A DNA stretch of 64,000 nt, taken from the NCBI GenBank assembly GCA_020425695.1, contig JAGQRE010000001.1, positions 41,213-105,212 of the forward strand, written 5' to 3'. The translations under genes were made by a program, and so were the position numbers. Shown here piece after piece: positions 20,992 to 32,900 of the stretch (its first letter is position 1; each line of letters opens with the position of its first letter). Under the pieces are notes generated by a model. It ran no database searches, was not told the DNA's origin, and saw nothing but the letters and a program-made list of their open reading frames with translations. This DNA comes from Planctomycetota bacterium (GTDB lineage: Bacteria; Planctomycetota; UBA8742; UBA2392).

Positions 20992-22350
20992 TTGGGCGCC
21001 CCCGACACAAAAAGGAGTCCATACTTGGACCCTGCAACAGCGGCGTTCTGGATAGGCGTCGCCGTAGTGATCGTCACCTTCTGCTGGATCGCTTACGTTT
21101 CGGTCGTAAGCGATGCCCTGCACGGCTACGCTCTTTCCGCTCTGTTTGATCTGATCCCTGAGTCAGACGAAGCAACGCAGCGCAAGTTTGAAGAACTTTG
21201 CCGCCGCGACGACGAGTTTACTCAGGTTGCCGAAACCGGCAGAATCATCGGCTTCGTGCTGCATTTTACGGGCTGGATCATCATCATCATGCCCGAGGGT
21301 ATTGAGTTCCAGACAACACACCTGTTGTACGGGGGCGTTCTCAGCATCATTTCGTTGCTTGTCTGCGTCGTCATCATGCCGCCGTTGATACTTCGGCACC
21401 GGGAAGAAAGCGCTCTGTTGGTGCTCCTGCCGGTGTTTTCGTGGCTGGCGTTGTTGTTCAAGCCGTTCACGATTATTAGCAGCAGCGTGCGGCGCATGGG
21501 CGCACGAATTGAGGGCGTGGATGTTTCGGAAACCGCGCAGGAGAGCTTCGAGGAAGACCTGGCGGACAGCCTTGAAGAAGCTGAACGTGAGGGCGTGCTC
21601 GATGAAGAAGAACGTGAGATGATCCAGAAGGTCGTTGAGTTGGGCCAGACGCCGGCCTCGCGCGCGATGATTCCGCGGACCGACATGATATGCGCAGACG
21701 TCAACGATGGCATTGACGGTGCCCTGACTCTGGCCGTTGAACATGGGCACAGTCGCGTTCCGGTGTTTGAGAACGACCGTGACCACATCATCGGAGTGTT
21801 TTACACACGCGACCTGGTACCAACCTGGAACAAGGACCAAACCAAGCGCCCACAGGAATTACGTAACATCATTCGCCCGGCACGCTTCTGGCCCAGCAGC
21901 AAAGTACTCGACGACCTGTTGCGTGAAATGCGCGCAGACCGCCTGAAAATTGCCATTCTGACTGACGAACACGGCGGAACCGCCGGAATGATCACGCTTG
22001 AGGACATTCTTGAAGAGATCGTCGGCGACATCCAGGACGAGTACGATGAAGGCGAAGTCGAACGTGCACACCGCGCAATCCTGCCGTTCCACAAGGACGT
22101 CGCCGAAGCCGATGGCGACGTGGATCTGGATGAGTTGAACCGCGTGCTGGAGCTCGACCTCCCGGAAGAAGCAGAGTTCAACAGTCTTGGCGGACTCCTG
22201 CTTCACCACCTGGGCAGGCTTGGCACGGTAGGCGATGAAGTTGAAATTGGCGAAGTCTCTCTTCGTATCATTGATGCCGATGAGAAACGCATCCTGCGCG
22301 TACGCATTACCCGAACCAGCGACATCACCGAAACCGAAATGAAGCACTAG
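20992..22350 (+). CDS. CNNM/CorC/TlyC-family protein (DUF21 TM domain + CBS pair + CorC_HlyC)
   Basis: N-terminal four-TM DUF21 region, then a CBS pair (SRAMIPRTDMICADVNDGIDGALTLAVEHGHSRVPVFENDRDHIIGVFYTRDLV) and a C-terminal transporter-associated domain. Confidence 0.8.
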   Translation: MGAPDTKRSPYLDPATAAFWIGVAVVIVTFCWIAYVSVVSDALHGYALSALFDLIPESDEATQRKFEELCRRDDEFTQVAETGRIIGFVLHFTGWIIIIMPEGIEFQTTHLLYGGVLSIISLLVCVVIMPPLILRHREESALLVLLPVFSWLALLFKPFTIISSSVRRMGARIEGVDVSETAQESFEEDLADSLEEAEREGVLDEEEREMIQKVVELGQTPASRAMIPRTDMICADVNDGIDGALTLAVEHGHSRVPVFENDRDHIIGVFYTRDLVPTWNKDQTKRPQELRNIIRPARFWPSSKVLDDLLREMRADRLKIAILTDEHGGTAGMITLEDILEEIVGDIQDEYDEGEVERAHRAILPFHKDVAEADGDVDLDELNRVLELDLPEEAEFNSLGGLLLHHLGRLGTVGDEVEIGEVSLRIIDADEKRILRVRITRTSDITETEMKH

Positions 22351-22366
22351 CGCGGCAGCACTCCAG

Positions 22367-23116
22367 ATGGCTTTAATCACCACGACAGCATTGTGCCTGC
22401 GCAAGGTTGATTTCAGTGAAACCAGTCAAATTCTGACGTTGCTGAGCGACTCTCTGGGCACGGTGGGGGCTATCGCCAAGGGTGCCAAGCGCGCGAAGTC
22501 AAGCATCGGCGGGCCACTCGATATCATGTGCCTTTACAATGTCGTGCTGTACGACCGGTCGAAGCGTGGCACGCTCAGCATTCTGTCCCAGGCTGAACTG
22601 CTGGACTTCTATCCCGGCGCACGCACCAACTATGCGAGATTTTCGGCCCTTGAGCGCGTTCGGGAGTTACTGCTGTCGATCGAAGTCGGGCCACATGATG
22701 GACCGTCTGTGTTGCTGCACGCGGTAAAGGCGATTCGGGCCCTCGACTTCGGCGAGCCAATCGAACATGTGCTCGCCGCTTTCGCGTGGGGTCTGCTTAC
22801 GGCGCTAGGCGTGGAGCCGACGTTCACCCATTGCATTGAGAGCGGGCAGGAACCGTCGGGCAAAGTCGAGGTAGCGTTCAGCATCCGCGAGATGGGCTTG
22901 CTTGCCCCGCCCCACTCGGAGCATCGATCGGACCTCGTTCGCATCAGTCCCAGGACGCTTGGCGCACTACTCGCACTGGCGACAGATGTGCCAACACCCA
23001 ATATTGAAGTTGACGCCTATGCAGGGGCGTTTACGCTTCTCGCCTGGTTGGTGGCAATGCAGGGTGGACGTCGTCTGAAAACGGTGGCGCCACTTGATCC
23101 CGCCCGGCCGCTGTAA
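22367..23116 (+). CDS. recO: DNA repair protein RecO
   Basis: MALITTTALCLRKVDFSETSQILTLLSDSLG... OB-fold N-terminus typical of RecO. 249 aa. The Cys-rich zinc motif appears degenerate. Confidence 0.75.
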   Translation: MALITTTALCLRKVDFSETSQILTLLSDSLGTVGAIAKGAKRAKSSIGGPLDIMCLYNVVLYDRSKRGTLSILSQAELLDFYPGARTNYARFSALERVRELLLSIEVGPHDGPSVLLHAVKAIRALDFGEPIEHVLAAFAWGLLTALGVEPTFTHCIESGQEPSGKVEVAFSIREMGLLAPPHSEHRSDLVRISPRTLGALLALATDVPTPNIEVDAYAGAFTLLAWLVAMQGGRRLKTVAPLDPARPL

Positions 23117-23137
23117 ACTGGAACCGACTGGAACCGT

Positions 23138-24322
23138 ATGAAGCCTGGTTGCATCGCATTGTCCATACTGACGCTGTTGGCATTTGCCGGCGGTTGTGCC
23201 CAAGGTCCCGAACCTCGCTATGTCGGCCCCAGCGGCAAGGGCCGCCTGGTGTATGAGCCCGGCATCGGCATTGCACGCAGTGACACGCTGGGTAACGCCA
23301 ACGAAGAGACTGTCTTTCTGGCAATTGAGCAGGCCTACGAAGACCGTGACTGGGCGCAGCTGATTTTCCTGAGCAACACACTGACCGAGAAGTTTCCGGA
23401 AGGGTCGCGTGCTGTTGAGGCAATTCTGCTACGCATCCGGGCAAGACTGGAGTACGGGCGCAGCAATGATCCCGATGCGGGAGTGCCGCGAAGTGTCGCA
23501 CTCGACGAGTGGCTCTTTCTGTATCTGGCCCCGATCTACGACACTCGCCTGCAACAGCTTCTTCAGAAGGGCGATGAGTTTCGCGATGTCATCACGGAGT
23601 TGCGCAGCAAGGACATCGGCAAATTCGTGAATGACCTCGCGACTGATGCCGACGCGCTTTACGACACCGGACAACTGGACCTCGCGGTGGCCGACTCGCG
23701 TACGCTGGTTACTTACTATCTACCGGCACTGATTCTGCGCGAGTTCCGCAACCAGACTGCGGAGCTGACACGCGACATCGCCTGGCTGATGTATGCCGCA
23801 CGTGATTTCAGCACCGTGATCGAATTGACGGACGATCTGCTGGCAATGAACCCGACGCCCTCCGTGAAGGCCGATGCACTCTTTATTCGGGGGCAAGCCC
23901 AGCGTAGGAACGGTGCCTACGCGTTGGCCGCGAACACCTTCGGTTACTTGTTCAGTGGGGCAGGGCTTCGAGACACCGACACTCGCTGGCGGCCGTACGC
24001 CTTGATGTGGCAGATCAGGGAGACGATGGACACCTCGAAAGGGCATACCTACGACATGGTGCCCTATGAGCGTGCGCTCGAACTCCTGGGCGAGTACGAG
24101 CTTTACATGATTGAAAACCCGAACATTTCAGACAGCGTCCACGAAGAATTCATCCTGTTAATGCAGGAAGTCTACGACGTGATGATTGAGCGCGAGCTGG
24201 ACGCCGCAGACCAGTACAGCAGGCTCGGAGAAGACGGGGCGGAAGGGTACTACGTCTCCCGCGCATCCGAGTGGGAGGACGCTCGCGACAAGCGCATCGA
24301 AGACCTGCGCAAGGCTCGATGA
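23138..24322 (+). CDS. Lipoprotein, hypothetical (helical/TPR-like)
   Basis: MKPGCIALSILTLLAFAGGCAQ lipobox. Remainder alpha-helical with no catalytic motifs. Confidence 0.5.
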   Translation: MKPGCIALSILTLLAFAGGCAQGPEPRYVGPSGKGRLVYEPGIGIARSDTLGNANEETVFLAIEQAYEDRDWAQLIFLSNTLTEKFPEGSRAVEAILLRIRARLEYGRSNDPDAGVPRSVALDEWLFLYLAPIYDTRLQQLLQKGDEFRDVITELRSKDIGKFVNDLATDADALYDTGQLDLAVADSRTLVTYYLPALILREFRNQTAELTRDIAWLMYAARDFSTVIELTDDLLAMNPTPSVKADALFIRGQAQRRNGAYALAANTFGYLFSGAGLRDTDTRWRPYALMWQIRETMDTSKGHTYDMVPYERALELLGEYELYMIENPNISDSVHEEFILLMQEVYDVMIERELDAADQYSRLGEDGAEGYYVSRASEWEDARDKRIEDLRKAR

Positions 24323-24831
24323 TGCGTGTAGCGACCCTATTACTGGCAGTCTGTTGCACCGCTATGTCCGGCTGCGGCGCGTATACGTGGTCCAGCAGCA
24401 TGGATGCGCGCACTGAACGCACGGTGCATTTGGAAACGGTAGAAAACCGGGTCTTCCCTCCGTCGCCCGGTCTTGAGTATGAACTTACCGACCGTCTCAA
24501 GGAAGAAATCGCCACAGACCGTCGTTTGGTGCTTAGTGATGCCGGCGGTGACGTTCGCCTAAAGGTCTCATTGATCCGGTTTGACGAGCCGAACCTGGTC
24601 GAGGATTTGGATACCGGACAGCCGGCCGAGATTCTTTTGAAGGCGACAGCGGTGGTTGAAGCATTCGGTGAGGAGTTCGCCGGTGGGGCTGCAAGGCGGA
24701 AAGTTACGGTATCGACTAGCTACACGCCGCTTCTGGGCGATAGTCGACGGGCCGGACTGGACCGTCTGTGGCGGGATCTATCGCGGGAAATACTGGACGT
24801 AGCTGCCGACTACGAATGGGCTTCTGACTGA
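24319..24831 (+). CDS. Small lipoprotein, possibly LptE-like
   Basis: MMRVATLLLAVCCTAMSGCG lipobox. ~170 aa, with size and alternating beta pattern resembling LptE. Start overlaps the stop of the upstream gene. Weak assignment. Confidence 0.35.
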   Translation: MMRVATLLLAVCCTAMSGCGAYTWSSSMDARTERTVHLETVENRVFPPSPGLEYELTDRLKEEIATDRRLVLSDAGGDVRLKVSLIRFDEPNLVEDLDTGQPAEILLKATAVVEAFGEEFAGGAARRKVTVSTSYTPLLGDSRRAGLDRLWRDLSREILDVAADYEWASD

Positions 24832-24894
24832 TTTGGCAGTCCCAACATCATGATTAGCTGCTACAGTGCTTGGCTGCTTTTCGCAGGGAGATAG

Positions 24895-26961
24895 ATGAAG
24901 CTGGACGACAACAAACCAAGTGACCCCTCGCGCCCAGGCCCATCCGGACGCAAGCCCAAGGGGATTCCCGTCTTTGTCATGGCTCTGGCAGCGATGCTGT
25001 TGCTGCTTGTACTTGTGGCTGTGTTTGAAATGGGGGGCACGAGTGAAGAACTCGATGCCTCGCAGTTGCGGGCAAAGCTCGAAAAGAACGAGATCAAGAG
25101 TCTGGAAGTACGCCAGCCGGAAAACGGCAACGTGGTGTACATCAAAGGCAAGTACGAAAGTGTAGCAGAGGGCGAACCTGAACAGTTCTCCGCAAAAATT
25201 GACTCCCACCAGTGGGAAGCGTGGCTGACAAAGCACGAAGAAGCGATCAGTAAGGGCGAGCCCAAGACCAGCCTGTTGTCAGATGTCGAGATTAAGAACG
25301 AAGAGGTCAATGACAACCTTGGCTGGTTCCTCAAGAACATCATCCCGATCCTGATCATCGTTGCGGTGATCTGGTTCTTCTTCTTTCGCCGTGGCGGTGG
25401 ACCGCTTGGCGGAGGCGTCATGGCCTTCGGCAAGTCCAAGGCCAAAATGTTCACGAAGGAAGACGTCACTGTCACCTTCAACGACGTGGCCGGCGCCGAT
25501 GAAGCCAAGGAAGAAGTTTCGGAGATCGTCGAGTTCCTCAAGACACCGCAGAAGTTCACGCGCCTGGGCGCGAAGATTCCCAAGGGCGTATTGATGATCG
25601 GCCCGCCCGGTTGCGGCAAGACGCTTTTGGCCAAGGCCATCGCGGGGGAAGCCGAGCGACCGTTCTTCAGCATCAGCGGCTCAGATTTCGTTGAGATGTT
25701 CGTAGGTGTTGGCGCAAGTCGCGTTCGTGACCTTTTCCGGGTCGCCCGCGAAAACGCGCCCTGCATTGTCTTCGTTGACGAAATTGACGCCGTCGGTCGC
25801 CGCCGTGGTACCGGTATGGGCGGCGGGAACGATGAACGTGAGCAGACGTTGAATGCCTTGCTGGTCGAAATGGACGGCATCGGCAGCAGTGAAGGCGTCA
25901 TCATACTTGCGGCCACCAACCGTCCGGACGTCCTCGACAACGCGCTTCTCCGCCCAGGGCGCTTTGACCGCCAGGTTTACGTAGACTTGCCGGACCTGCG
26001 CGGAAGAGAAGAGATTCTCAGCGTGCACCTCAAGAAGGTGAAGGCTGGCCACACGATTGACGCAGGTGAAGTTGCTCGCCTGATTCCGGGCTTCAGTGGC
26101 GCGGACATCATGAACCTCGTGAATGAAGCTGCGCTGATTGCCGTCATCCGAAACTTGGATGAAATTACCCGCGACTGCATTCTTGAAGCACGTGACCGAG
26201 TAGCTTTCGGTCGCCAGAAACGCAGCCGCGTCATGGAAGAAGAAGAGCGCAGGTTGACCGCCTACCACGAGGCCGGTCACGCTCTGGTGCAGGAACTGAC
26301 ACCCAAGACTGACCGCGTTCACAAGGTAACGATCATCCCGCGTGGACGTGCCCTCGGCGCGACCATGAGTCTGCCGGAGAAAGACCGATACAGCATGCCC
26401 AAGAGCCGTGCTGAGGAGATGCTACAGGTGATGCTGGGCGGTCGAGCGGCAGAGCACGTGATCTTTGGAGAAATCGATGCGGGCGCTGCCAGCGACATCC
26501 AGCAGGCCACCAACATCACCCGAAAGATGGTGACTGAGTGGGGTATGAGCCCACGCCTAGGGTTGCTGAATTATGCGGCGGACGAAGACCAGTCCTACAT
26601 GGGCCAGACGGTCAAAACGCCGGGCGACTACAGCGACGAGACGAAAAAAGCCATCGATGAAGAAATGCGCCGGATCATTGATGAAGCTTGGGCAGGCGCT
26701 GTCAAGCTAATCGAAGAGAACCGCGAAAAGCTCGTTCAGATTGCCGAAGCCCTGCTTAAGTACGAAACGCTGGACCATGAAGACCTGGTCGCAGTACTCA
26801 CGGATGGCGACCTTGAAGCCCGGCGCGCGAAAGTCGCCGAAGATACCAAGCGCGAGTCAGCAGCTGCCAAGCATCGCCGCATGGAAGAAACCGCGAAAGA
26901 ACGGCAGGTGGGGGATGCACCCGGCTTTGCAGGCACACAGGAACAACCCGGAACGGCATGA
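24895..26961 (+). CDS. ftsH: ATP-dependent zinc metalloprotease FtsH
   Basis: AAA module ([21 protein letters not shown] region), HEAGHA zinc motif, N-terminal TM helices. Confidence 0.95.
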   Translation: MKLDDNKPSDPSRPGPSGRKPKGIPVFVMALAAMLLLLVLVAVFEMGGTSEELDASQLRAKLEKNEIKSLEVRQPENGNVVYIKGKYESVAEGEPEQFSAKIDSHQWEAWLTKHEEAISKGEPKTSLLSDVEIKNEEVNDNLGWFLKNIIPILIIVAVIWFFFFRRGGGPLGGGVMAFGKSKAKMFTKEDVTVTFNDVAGADEAKEEVSEIVEFLKTPQKFTRLGAKIPKGVLMIGPPGCGKTLLAKAIAGEAERPFFSISGSDFVEMFVGVGASRVRDLFRVARENAPCIVFVDEIDAVGRRRGTGMGGGNDEREQTLNALLVEMDGIGSSEGVIILAATNRPDVLDNALLRPGRFDRQVYVDLPDLRGREEILSVHLKKVKAGHTIDAGEVARLIPGFSGADIMNLVNEAALIAVIRNLDEITRDCILEARDRVAFGRQKRSRVMEEEERRLTAYHEAGHALVQELTPKTDRVHKVTIIPRGRALGATMSLPEKDRYSMPKSRAEEMLQVMLGGRAAEHVIFGEIDAGAASDIQQATNITRKMVTEWGMSPRLGLLNYAADEDQSYMGQTVKTPGDYSDETKKAIDEEMRRIIDEAWAGAVKLIEENREKLVQIAEALLKYETLDHEDLVAVLTDGDLEARRAKVAEDTKRESAAAKHRRMEETAKERQVGDAPGFAGTQEQPGTA

Positions 26962-27827
26962 GCGCGAGTTTTCCGAACCTTCCAGAAATCACGATCCCCG
27001 GCTTGACCGGGGATCGCGCGTTTCGCCCGCCGCTGGTGATGGGAATCCTGAATGTCACGCCGGACAGCTTCAGCGACGGTGGCAAGCATGACGATCGCTC
27101 CTCCGCCTTGTGTGCTGCTGAACAGATGCTGGAAGACGGCGCCGACATCCTCGACATTGGCGGCGAGTCTACCCGTCCCGGCGCGCCTGCCATCGAAGTA
27201 CAGGAAGAGATTCAGCGAACTGTCCCCGTCATTGCTGAGTTACGCAGCCTATATCCACACACGCCGTTGAGTATCGACACGATGAAGTCACAGGTTGCGG
27301 AAGCGGCCATTCAAGCAGGTGCCGGCATTGTAAATGACGTTACCGCCGGTACGCATGACCCTGACCTGCTACCAATGTGTGCAGAGAAAGATGTGGTCGT
27401 TGTGCTGATGCATATGCGCGGGAATCCCCGCGACATGCAGTCTCGGACAGTTTACGCAGATGTAGTCGCTGAAGTACGCGATCATCTGAATGCCCGGATC
27501 GAAACTGCTGTAGAAGCAGGTGTCTCCCGCAAGCGCATCTGGATAGACCCCGGTTTCGGCTTTGCTAAACTTCCACAGCACAACTGCGAGATCGTGAAAG
27601 CGCTTGATGAGCTGTCTGGGCTGGGCTGCCCGATTCTTCTTGGGGCATCCCGCAAGTCTACCCTCGGACATCTGACTGGCAGGCCGGTTCATGATCGAGA
27701 GCCGGAGTCACTGGCTGCCGGCTTGATCGCGGCACTGAATGGTGCATCCGTGTTGCGGGTGCATGACGCCGGGGCGATGCAGAGGGCTCTGACTGTCGCC
27801 AAGGCGATGACACGGAACGATGGATGA
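26958..27827 (+). CDS. folP: Dihydropteroate synthase
   Basis: MGILNVTPDSFSDGG...DILDIGGESTRPGA pterin-binding TIM-barrel motifs. ftsH-folP synteny with a 4-nt overlap. Confidence 0.9.
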   Translation: MSASFPNLPEITIPGLTGDRAFRPPLVMGILNVTPDSFSDGGKHDDRSSALCAAEQMLEDGADILDIGGESTRPGAPAIEVQEEIQRTVPVIAELRSLYPHTPLSIDTMKSQVAEAAIQAGAGIVNDVTAGTHDPDLLPMCAEKDVVVVLMHMRGNPRDMQSRTVYADVVAEVRDHLNARIETAVEAGVSRKRIWIDPGFGFAKLPQHNCEIVKALDELSGLGCPILLGASRKSTLGHLTGRPVHDREPESLAAGLIAALNGASVLRVHDAGAMQRALTVAKAMTRNDG

Positions 27828-28627
27828 GCGAGTACAGCGAATACATCATCTACGGCTTCGAGATCACGCTGATCTACCTGTTTCTGGTAGTGGTGTACAA
27901 GTTCGTCAAAGGCAGCACGGGCGACAGTGCTCTTCGAGGCGTGGCGATTATTTTCACGACGCTGCTGATCGGCATCTACCTCGTTGCTGATACGCTTGGT
28001 CTTTACCGAATCGAGAAGCTACTTGAGAAAGTCGTCGACTACCTGTTCATCGCGGTGATCGTTGTCTTTCAACCGGAGCTTCGCCGAGGTCTTTCACGTC
28101 TCGGTCAGAACAGGGTCTTCAACCGCCTGCTGGCGCCCAAAGACGATGTTGTTCCCAAGATCGTTGCCAGCATTTTCCGTCTTGCCCGCGGCAAGACCGG
28201 CGCGCTGATCGCCGTTGAGCGAGGTGTAGGGCTTCGCAATTACGTCGAACGCGGCATCGAGGTAGACGCCATGTTCACGCCCGAGCTGGTCGACAGCATC
28301 TTCTACCCTGGTAACCCGCTGCACGACGGCGCGATCATCATGCGCGGTTCGCGGGTGGTGGCCGCCGGCTGCCTGTTCCCGTTGACCGAAAACCCGGACA
28401 TCAGTAAGCGCCTCGGCACCCGTCACCGTGCAGGCATCGGGCTCAGTGAAGAGACTGACGCCCTTGTCATTGTCGTCAGTGAAGAGACAGGAAAAGTGTC
28501 AGTCGCCCTGAAGGGTGATCTGCAACAAGACTTGTCGCGCGATCAGCTTGAAAAGGCGTTGCGCGAAAACCTGGGTACGGTGTTGCCGTCAGTGAACACA
28601 GAACCCGCAACCGTCGGACGAGTATGA
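27824..28627 (+). CDS. cdaA: Diadenylate cyclase CdaA (DisA_N/DAC domain, membrane-anchored)
   Basis: Three N-terminal TM helices, then DGAIIMRGSRVVAAGCLFPLTEN...RHRAGIGLSEETDALVIVVSEETG, the DAC domain signature (DGA, RHR). Confidence 0.9.
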   Translation: MSEYSEYIIYGFEITLIYLFLVVVYKFVKGSTGDSALRGVAIIFTTLLIGIYLVADTLGLYRIEKLLEKVVDYLFIAVIVVFQPELRRGLSRLGQNRVFNRLLAPKDDVVPKIVASIFRLARGKTGALIAVERGVGLRNYVERGIEVDAMFTPELVDSIFYPGNPLHDGAIIMRGSRVVAAGCLFPLTENPDISKRLGTRHRAGIGLSEETDALVIVVSEETGKVSVALKGDLQQDLSRDQLEKALRENLGTVLPSVNTEPATVGRV

Positions 28628-29919
28628 CCGGAAGCAGCACCAGCATCAGCGGAGTACGCTCGCCGGGTGGGTCGCGGCGCGGAGACACCCGTCGCGTTGA
28701 GCGTCGCTGGGCCGGCGCGACCTGGGCCGTTCACATCGTCATCATGGGCCTCGCGGTTCTACTGTGGTGGATCGCTCGCGACATGGTGTCGGTGACCCAG
28801 CAACTCAAAGACGGTGGTAGTGTGCGTTTTGAGTTGGCTGAAGAGCTAAGGGGCGAGTGGAAAATCATGTCCCTTGCGACGCAGCCTGTGAGTCTTGAAG
28901 TCTCTGGGCCGACCAAAGAGATCAATGATTTCGCGGCAGCGCTGGACCAGAACTCAGGACGCTTCAGCTATCGTTACGAAATCAACGAATCCGATCTGGC
29001 GAATCTGAAACCCGACTCGCGCCAGCAAGTTGTGCTCACGGTCGACATTCGCAAGTTCGAAGCGACAGGCGAGGCCGTGGCGCCGCCGGAATTGACGGTC
29101 CGACCACTCGGCACCGGCGATCGCATCTTTACCGTGACGCTCGAACACTTCATCACGCGGCAAGCCTACGTCGATCTCGGTCCTAGCGGCAAAGGGCAGA
29201 TCCAGGTGACACTGCCCCGCGATGATCGGCGCAACGAGACCCGTGCCTACTCGTACACCGCCGAAGTCACGGACGTAGATCTGGAAGTACGCGGTCCCGC
29301 AAGCCTTGTAACCGCCAACAGCGATTCAAATGGGCTGGCTCGACTGAAGGTCTCCATTGATGCGAAGCAGGTTTTGGACAATTTCGCAGCATCGAAGGCA
29401 AAAACCATCGAGTCGGTGCTGGACCAGGGTTCGATCGTTTCGATTGTCCAGCTGCTCCCGATTGAAGGTGTCGAGGTTCGTGACAAGTCAAAAGGTGTCG
29501 GGGTCGCTGAGGTACCCGTCAGGGTGACATACACGCGCTTGCAGGATTACGTGCAAGTAAGCCGCGAGTTCCCGGTCGAGATCGTGTTTCCGAACTGGCT
29601 GGCGCAGAAAGGCGCTCGCGTTGACAATCTGCCCGACAGTGTCCCGGTGGACATGAAAGTGCTGAGCAGCCAGCGCGCGAATTTCAACGAGATGTACGTT
29701 CACTTACGCCTTGATCTGTCCGGTTTGAGCCGAAGCGAAATCGAAACCGAAATCGAAAGCGTTGAGGGCAGCACGCTCAAACGCTACAAGCTCGTCAACG
29801 GCTACTATTCGCTTGATCTGGACACGACGCGCCTCACCTACGAATTCAACAACGCATCCGTCACGGCCGAGAACTACCAACCGATCGGCGGGGAGATGAC
29901 GATTGTCTGGTCGGACTAG
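28624..29919 (+). CDS. CdaR-like regulator (YbbR-like domain protein) downstream of cdaA
   Basis: Single N-terminal TM segment followed by repeated beta-rich YbbR-like segments. 4-nt overlap with cdaA. The assignment is partly by conserved cdaA-cdaR context. Confidence 0.55.
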   Translation: MTGSSTSISGVRSPGGSRRGDTRRVERRWAGATWAVHIVIMGLAVLLWWIARDMVSVTQQLKDGGSVRFELAEELRGEWKIMSLATQPVSLEVSGPTKEINDFAAALDQNSGRFSYRYEINESDLANLKPDSRQQVVLTVDIRKFEATGEAVAPPELTVRPLGTGDRIFTVTLEHFITRQAYVDLGPSGKGQIQVTLPRDDRRNETRAYSYTAEVTDVDLEVRGPASLVTANSDSNGLARLKVSIDAKQVLDNFAASKAKTIESVLDQGSIVSIVQLLPIEGVEVRDKSKGVGVAEVPVRVTYTRLQDYVQVSREFPVEIVFPNWLAQKGARVDNLPDSVPVDMKVLSSQRANFNEMYVHLRLDLSGLSRSEIETEIESVEGSTLKRYKLVNGYYSLDLDTTRLTYEFNNASVTAENYQPIGGEMTIVWSD

Positions 29920-32900
29920 CATCGCGCTGATCCTGTTTTTGGCGACTTGCGCTTCCTCGATTGGTGCGCAGTTTCTGCCGGACATCAACGAGTTTGAAGT
30001 CGAGAATTCCCGACTGATCCTGCTGGACAAGCAAGGGCAACGCAAAGGCGTGCTCAAGGGCGCCGTCGCCCGCAAACAGCGAGACGGCAAGATCTACATC
30101 GAAGACGCCGAACTAATCATCGAGCGAAAGACAGAGCCCTTTGTCCTCAGGGCCGCCGAGTTCATCTACGAACCGGACACCAACAATTTCACCTGCAAGG
30201 AAGGGCTTACTGCGGACTTGCCGGAAGGGGGCAAGCTGACGGTGCCGTCCGCCACGGGTGAGATCGTCTATACAGAAGGCGTTCTGCTGAAGATGACTGT
30301 AACGGGCGACGCCACGCTCCTGACCGGTGTTGAAGGCGAGGAGTTGGTCAACGCCACCATCGCCAATCCCGGCATCGAGTTGAAACTCGTTGAGCCGAAG
30401 CAGAAACCCGAAGTTGACAAGAACTCACGCTTCGAGCTCGACCACTTTGAAATCACCGGATCACGCGGCGGTGAACTAAAGCTTCGACTGGCACATCTCC
30501 CGGGTGTGGGTCCGAAGCAGAAGCAGGACAGTGCCATCGTCAACGTCAGTTGCTTCGGTGACGTAAAACTGTCCCTGACCGACGCTGGCACAAAGGCCGA
30601 CTTGCACATGCTCCGACGTGCTCGCATGGCGCTTGAAGGACAAGACGGAACATTTGAGGTCAGTTCGAACCAGCTCGACATTCGGGGCAACGTCGCGCGG
30701 TCTAAGCCTGACTCTGCCGGGAAAGAAGGCGAAGCCGCGACTGAAGACAGTCTTCAGGCATCGCTAACCGACCTTGCCATCGACGCGTATCAGAACGTTC
30801 AACTGAAGGGCGACGACTTCGACGGTGGCGCTTCCATGCTGCGGTACCGCGAGTTTGGCGACCACCGCGAAGTGCGCCTTGAGGGCGACCCCTCGCTCAC
30901 TCTTCGGCAGGAAGCTGCCGACAACGAAGATGAGCTTCCTCGAATTGAGCTGCGCTCGAAAGAGTTCATCGATGTGCAGATTCCGCAGGGCATCGTAGAC
31001 GGCTCACCACGCCAGATTGCGACCGAACTTTCCCAAAGCGCGCACGTAAAACGATTCGTGGGCGAGCGCCTTGAGTGGCAGATCAACGGAAGACTCGTAC
31101 GTCTGTTTTCGGTGCTGGACGAATCGACGGAACGCTCGAACGTGTACAACCATTCGTTTGACGCCTACGCCGAAGGCTATTCGCCACTTCTTCGTATTAC
31201 GGGGCTTCAACACGCAAACGAACGAGCGCCAGAACTGCAAAGGGCTGCCGTCTACGGCGCACGCAGTGAAGGCTCGTTCATCTCGGGTCGCGCAAAAATT
31301 CGCGTCTATGGTCCTGACGTGCTTGGCGTTGTTCACTCGGATGCGCCGTTATCCGACTTGTTGAAAACCGCCCTCGGACTGCAGGCGCAACGGAGGGATT
31401 CCGACGGGCAGGTCATACCGCCTCCTGCGCGGGACGGTCGGCTCACAATCCGGGCCAGCAAAGTCGTTGATCTGGACATGCTTACCTCAGGCGATAGCGG
31501 AGACATAACACTTGCCGCTGAGGGCGCCGTGGCCCTTGACCACGAGCCTTTGCCTCGTGACGACAGCAATCTCGTCACGCTATCAGGCCAGTTCGTTGCA
31601 CTAAGCATGAAGCAGCGCGTCATTCGCTACGCGCAGGTAGAGCCTGAAACTGGTGAAAACGCGCTGGCGACCATGGGTTACGACTTACTCATCAGCAAAG
31701 GCATCGATGTTCGTGAGCTTGAAGGAGTGCTCGTTTCACAAATCACCGGGCCAGGTCGAATCGTAGTCCGCAACGAGGAAAGTGTTCTTTACTTTTCAAA
31801 GGAACTCGACCGCCTGCCCAAGCGCCCCGGCGAAGGCGATACACCGCCACGACCCGACGCGGCATGGTTGGACTTCGGGCTGAGTTTTACGGCGCGAGTC
31901 AGTGAACTTGAGAAGCAACTCGAGATTGATGCTCCGGACTTTCGGCTCGTGTTCGGGGAGTTCCTGACGCCACGGGCCGGGCGGTCGTCAATCAAAGACC
32001 TCGATGAACTGGTCGACCCAGAAGTCCAGCAGCTTTACGAAGTACAAGGAGCCCGCGTATTCGCTTCGACACGGCGAGTAACTGCCGAGTCACCGGCAGT
32101 GAATGTTCTGCTGCTTGAAGGAAACGCGTACATTAACTCGCGATTTGACAGGGTAACAGCGCGCGCGGCCGGCGCGATTGAGCTGAGCGGCTCCGACAAC
32201 CAGAGTGCTACCGACGCCCCGTTATCCGTTGTACTCAGGCGCGACGCGCAACTTGAACTTGAGGATGCCGGGGTGTTCTTCGGTGATTACGTCCGTAGGG
32301 GCGTATTTTCGTATGACGGAACCTGGTTACTGGAATCTGCAGACCGCCTTGAAGTAACCTTCCGTCCACTGGAAGCCCCAACCGAAGACTCAACGTTGAT
32401 CCCACGTGTCCGTGAGTCACTGGCAAAGGCGGCCCAAGGCCGCCGTGCGATGCTGTCACGGCTGCAAGAGATAGAAAAGGCCACCGAACTACTGGAACAA
32501 GCAACGGCATCACCACGCCCGACGCGTCCCGGCGCGGATCAGCCATGGCAAGCGGTTGAAGAAGCCCGGGACGCAGTGGTTGCCATGCGCCGAGCCATGC
32601 AGATGTACGTTACCCGACTCCCGGCCATGCGGGTTCAACTGGATGTCGCCATGAGGTCAGTGCGACGCTGCAGCGCAATGTTGTCAGCGCTGATCGACGT
32701 GGCAGGGTCAGGCACAGTGCAGGGCCACTTCAAGAGTTCGAAGCCCGACGTGCCCAAGCTGGACCTATCGATGCGCGAGGCCCTGTTCACGTTTGACGGG
32801 CTGGGCCAGATTGTCGACGTCGCCGCGGCCGGGCCCATTGAGGTTTCGCGCTCGGCCTACACAATTACGGGTTCAAGACTGAAACGAAGCCGCGACGGGA